Positions 62,482-64,000 of a stretch of 64,000 bases of DNA are shown one piece after another. Source of the stretch: Eubacteriales bacterium (GTDB taxonomy: Bacteria; Bacillota; Clostridia; Christensenellales; CAG-138). Both the position numbers and the translations under genes were made by a program. The stretch is from positions 13,773 to 77,772 of the forward strand of contig JAQUTY010000004.1 of assembly GCA_028694155.1 (NCBI GenBank), read 5' to 3'. How positions within the stretch are numbered: position 1 is the stretch's first letter; each line of letters begins with the position of its first letter. The notes under the pieces are model-generated. The model did no database searches. It was not told the DNA's origin and was given only the letters and a program-made list of their open reading frames with translations.

Positions 62482-64000
62482 ATGCACAAGATACAGTTCG
62501 CAATAAATATCAGACTTGCGATTGTGACAATTTTTTCTGTCGCTTTATTAACTTTTATCGGTTGCCAAAAGAAAGCGGGTTCCGATGTACAAATTATACC
62601 TCCGTCAGAGAATCCTTACGCTACTGCGGTGAGCATAGAGATAACGACTGCCACGCCCGAACCGACGGACGTACCCACGCCCACGCCGGAGCCGACACCG
62701 ACCCCTGTGCCAACGCCGCACGCCGTGGACGCTTCGCAGCCGTACAACTGGGGCTTTGAGACGGAGCTTGAGGTTAACGGCTTTGTGGTTGACAGCTATG
62801 ATCGTACCACCCCAATTTCTTTTGGCAGCGGAGATGATTATTCCCAGCTTAATGGAGTAATCGGATTTAGGAGCAACAACTATCGGCAGAACGCCGCATA
62901 CGGCACTGCTTCAACGGCAAACGAACGATTGACGCAAATATGGAATGTAGCAACCGCAAGTATGCCAAAGGGCGAGGGCGGAAGCGGAACATGGACGGGC
63001 AGCGGTTGGACGGGTCAGCCCATTTTGGTTGAATGGCCTGCGCAAACCAAGCAGATAATGAACATGTACGACTGGGCAAAGGAGAAGGACGGACTTGTCG
63101 AGGTGATTTATGCGACCATGGACGGCAATGTCTACTTTTTAGACCTTGAATCGGGCGAAGCGACCCGAGATAAGCTAAACATCGGAATGCCCTTCAAGGG
63201 CGCAGGCGCACTTGACCCTAGAGGCTATCCGATTTTGTATCTGGGAAGCGGCGACAGCTATCCCGATGACGACAGCAAGATAACCCGTGCAATGGCATAT
63301 TCGCTGGTGGATTATACACGCCTCTATGAGTTTGGCAAGAAGCCGGACAGCTTTGCCCTGCGCATTTGGCACGCTTACGACAGCGGACCTTTGGTGGACG
63401 CAAAGACTGATACGCTGATATATCCGGGTGAGAACGGCATTCTTTACACTATTCATCTCAACACCTATTTCGATGTTACAACGGGAACGCTCACGATGAA
63501 CCCCGATGATGTTGTGAGGCTTCGCTATCATGCCAACCGAACCGGCGAGAACGCTTACTGGCTTGGCTACGAGGGGAGCTGTGCGGTGTGGAACGGCTTT
63601 GCGTATCTGACCGAAAATTCGGGATTGATGCACTGTGTTGACCTCAATACCATGGAGGTCAAGTGGGTGCAGGACATTCACGACGACACGAATGCCTCAC
63701 CTGCCTTGGAGGTCATTTCCGAGACTGAGGCGTATCTGTATGTTGGCAACACGCTTGACAACACCATTGACGCTAGCAATCAGGGCACGACGAGCATTTT
63801 CAAGATTGACGCCATGACAGGCGAGATAGTTTGGCAGTATTCCAAGACAATCGGTACGACAAAGAACGTTACAGGCGGAGTCATGGGCAGCGCAATCATC
63901 GGTCACGGTGATATGGAGGGGTTGGTCATAACCAGCTTTGCAAGCTACGATGGCGAAACGAACGAAGGCGTGGTCGTGGCACTGAACAGGCAGACAGGCG
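62482..64000 (+). CDS. Beta-propeller (PQQ-like/BamB-like repeat) lipoprotein, paralog B; 3' end outside window
   Basis: Absent from the ORF track because no stop is reached. AGGAG (62471-62475) lies 6 nt before ATG 62482. My translation MHKIQFAINIRLAIVTIFSVALLTFIGCQKK has a lipobox. PT linker, then sequence colinear with the 51404-53272 protein. The frame is open to base 64000. Confidence 0.7.
   Translation, partial: MHKIQFAINIRLAIVTIFSVALLTFIGCQKKAGSDVQIIPPSENPYATAVSIEITTATPEPTDVPTPTPEPTPTPVPTPHAVDASQPYNWGFETELEVNGFVVDSYDRTTPISFGSGDDYSQLNGVIGFRSNNYRQNAAYGTASTANERLTQIWNVATASMPKGEGGSGTWTGSGWTGQPILVEWPAQTKQIMNMYDWAKEKDGLVEVIYATMDGNVYFLDLESGEATRDKLNIGMPFKGAGALDPRGYPILYLGSGDSYPDDDSKITRAMAYSLVDYTRLYEFGKKPDSFALRIWHAYDSGPLVDAKTDTLIYPGENGILYTIHLNTYFDVTTGTLTMNPDDVVRLRYHANRTGENAYWLGYEGSCAVWNGFAYLTENSGLMHCVDLNTMEVKWVQDIHDDTNASPALEVISETEAYLYVGNTLDNTIDASNQGTTSIFKIDAMTGEIVWQYSKTIGTTKNVTGGVMGSAIIGHGDMEGLVITSFASYDGETNEGVVVALNRQTG

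Noticed and set aside
62082-62759. 225-aa plus-strand ORF
   Set aside because: It spans the end of the kinase-like gene, a strong terminator and an intergenic region. It is out of frame with the well-supported lipoprotein gene starting at 62482.
1-64000. rRNA, tRNA, tmRNA, CRISPR, transposase/integrase, prophage or toxin-antitoxin or defence genes
   Set aside because: I recognised none. Intergenic regions are short, apart from 57.9-58.3 kb and 62.2-62.5 kb, and are accounted for by promoters and terminators. tRNA-like cloverleaf candidates were not evident by eye, though I could not run a formal scan.

Overview
This is a 64-kb chromosomal core segment of a spore-forming anaerobic Firmicute of class Clostridia. 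The Ruminococcus-style dockerin, GlgD, the Rnf complex, SpoIID/YtxC/SipL-like sporulation genes and ubiquitous Pro/Thr linkers suggest an Oscillospiraceae/Ruminococcaceae-like organism, but that is inference only. I call 55 protein-coding genes, one cobalamin riboswitch, about 16 sigma-A-type promoters (most with an extended TGn -10) and about 11 intrinsic terminators. By eye I found no rRNA, tRNA, CRISPR array, transposase, integrase or phage gene. Layout by region: (i) 1-4.6 kb: a dockerin-bearing SpoIID-like protein, then a three-gene operon of a surface repeat protein, a MotA/ExbB-type channel and a DUF2149/ExbD-like protein. (ii) 4.8-17.3 kb: rpoB, rpoC, an extra Zn-ribbon membrane gene, rpsL, rpsG, fusA, tuf. 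(iii) 17.4-31.3 kb: DUF421, ytxC-like, murA, HAD, a ygeW-ygeY-regulator module, DUF1292, a SipL-like gene, gdhA and a Na/Pi transporter. (iv) 31.3-34.3 kb: a B12-riboswitch-controlled btuFCD-type transporter. (v) 34.3-38.1 kb: cdaA, cdaR and an FAD-dependent protein. (vi) 38.3-43.1 kb: rnfCDGEAB. (vii) 44.0-51.3 kb: glgB, glgC, glgD, glgA, pfkA and a cyclase-family gene. (viii) 51.4-64 kb: two paralogous beta-propeller surface proteins flanking a selenium/sulfur-trafficking cluster (desulfurase, yedE, yedF, DUF3343, NTPase), an EEP lipoprotein and a peptidase pair. The best candidate for an undescribed system is the operon at 1065-4640, a proton-channel stator pair genetically welded to a C-terminally anchored surface protein in a monoderm. 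Secondary leads are the propeller paralog pair, the NTPase-extended yedEF cluster, the Zn-ribbon membrane gene inside the rpoC-rpsL junction, a probable leaderless lipoprotein mRNA and an unexplained ~385-bp noncoding tract. All homology calls come from motif recognition by eye. No database search was run.
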